Positions 63,707-64,000 of a DNA stretch of 64,000 bases are shown here, in pieces. The stretch lies in assembly GCA_963783575.1 (NCBI GenBank), contig CAWAOD010000016.1, forward strand, positions 192,001-256,000, in the 5' to 3' direction. Each line of letters starts with the position of its first letter. Position 1 is the stretch's first letter. A program made the position numbers and the translations under genes. The notes under the pieces are model-generated. The model saw only the letters and a program-made list of their open reading frames with translations. It was not told the origin of the DNA and ran no database searches. This stretch comes from an uncultured Spirochaetota bacterium (GTDB lineage Bacteria; Spirochaetota; Brevinematia; Brevinematales; JAOACQ01).

Positions 63707-64000
63707 ATGAATTATGATATAACTTTTATAGGCCATATGTGTTACGATGAGATTATTCCATTCGGAGGAAAACCCGTTGTTGCTCCCGGGAGCGCGGTAT
63801 TATGCGGCGCTATGGTTGCGGCAAGGGTCGGAAAAAAAGTTGCGGCTATTGTAAAAATGTCGAAAAAAGATGAAAGCATCTTATCTTCGATGAAAGAAGC
63901 CGGCGTTGACACTTATCTTATTTCAGCCGATGTTACTACATATTCAAGGGTCCTGCATGAATCATCAAACGTAGACGAACGAAAATTGACAATTGTCAGG
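63707..64000 (+). CDS. PfkB family carbohydrate kinase (partial, runs off window)
   Basis: MNYDITFIGHMCYD....PGSAVLCGAMVAARVGKKV N-terminal ribokinase-like pattern. Confidence 0.7.
   Translation, partial: MNYDITFIGHMCYDEIIPFGGKPVVAPGSAVLCGAMVAARVGKKVAAIVKMSKKDESILSSMKEAGVDTYLISADVTTYSRVLHESSNVDERKLTIVR

Noticed and set aside
1..64000. tRNA/rRNA genes, prophage
   Set aside because: No cloverleaf, rRNA-like or phage structural sequences were recognised by eye; a tRNAscan-SE run would be needed to exclude tRNAs formally.

Overview
Low-GC bacterial chromosomal window. The gene repertoire is compatible with a spirochaete-like anaerobe, but taxonomy cannot be fixed from the sequence. 0.3-7.4 kb is a copper-homeostasis island: csoR, a frameshifted copA, an HMA/TauE-like/cupredoxin protein, two Met/His-rich paralogues and a DUF2318-like gene. 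8-16 kb holds assorted accessory genes, a split PAS histidine kinase, duplication scars and a 149-bp MITE. 16.3-36.8 kb is an accessory and mobile hotspot. It contains an array of AT-rich orphan genes, each preceded by a degenerate copy of what looks like the 3' end of a Type ISP restriction-modification gene. That array is bracketed by two inverted, covarying structured repeats with CANGGANG loops. The hotspot also carries an IS1182, two different IS110 elements with bridge-RNA-like non-coding ends, an AAA-ATPase plus S8 protease (IetAS-like) pair with a broken protease, and an IS4. 36.9-64 kb is mostly housekeeping and metabolic: msrAB, a CoA-activase, murE, BatA-like, 7TM-HD, phoH, an MCP, nadA, nadK, recN and a GH3-GH116-PfkB sugar locus. 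Several REP/MITE-like repeat families are scattered throughout. All traced frameshifts are +1 insertions, which suggests sequencing or assembly error.
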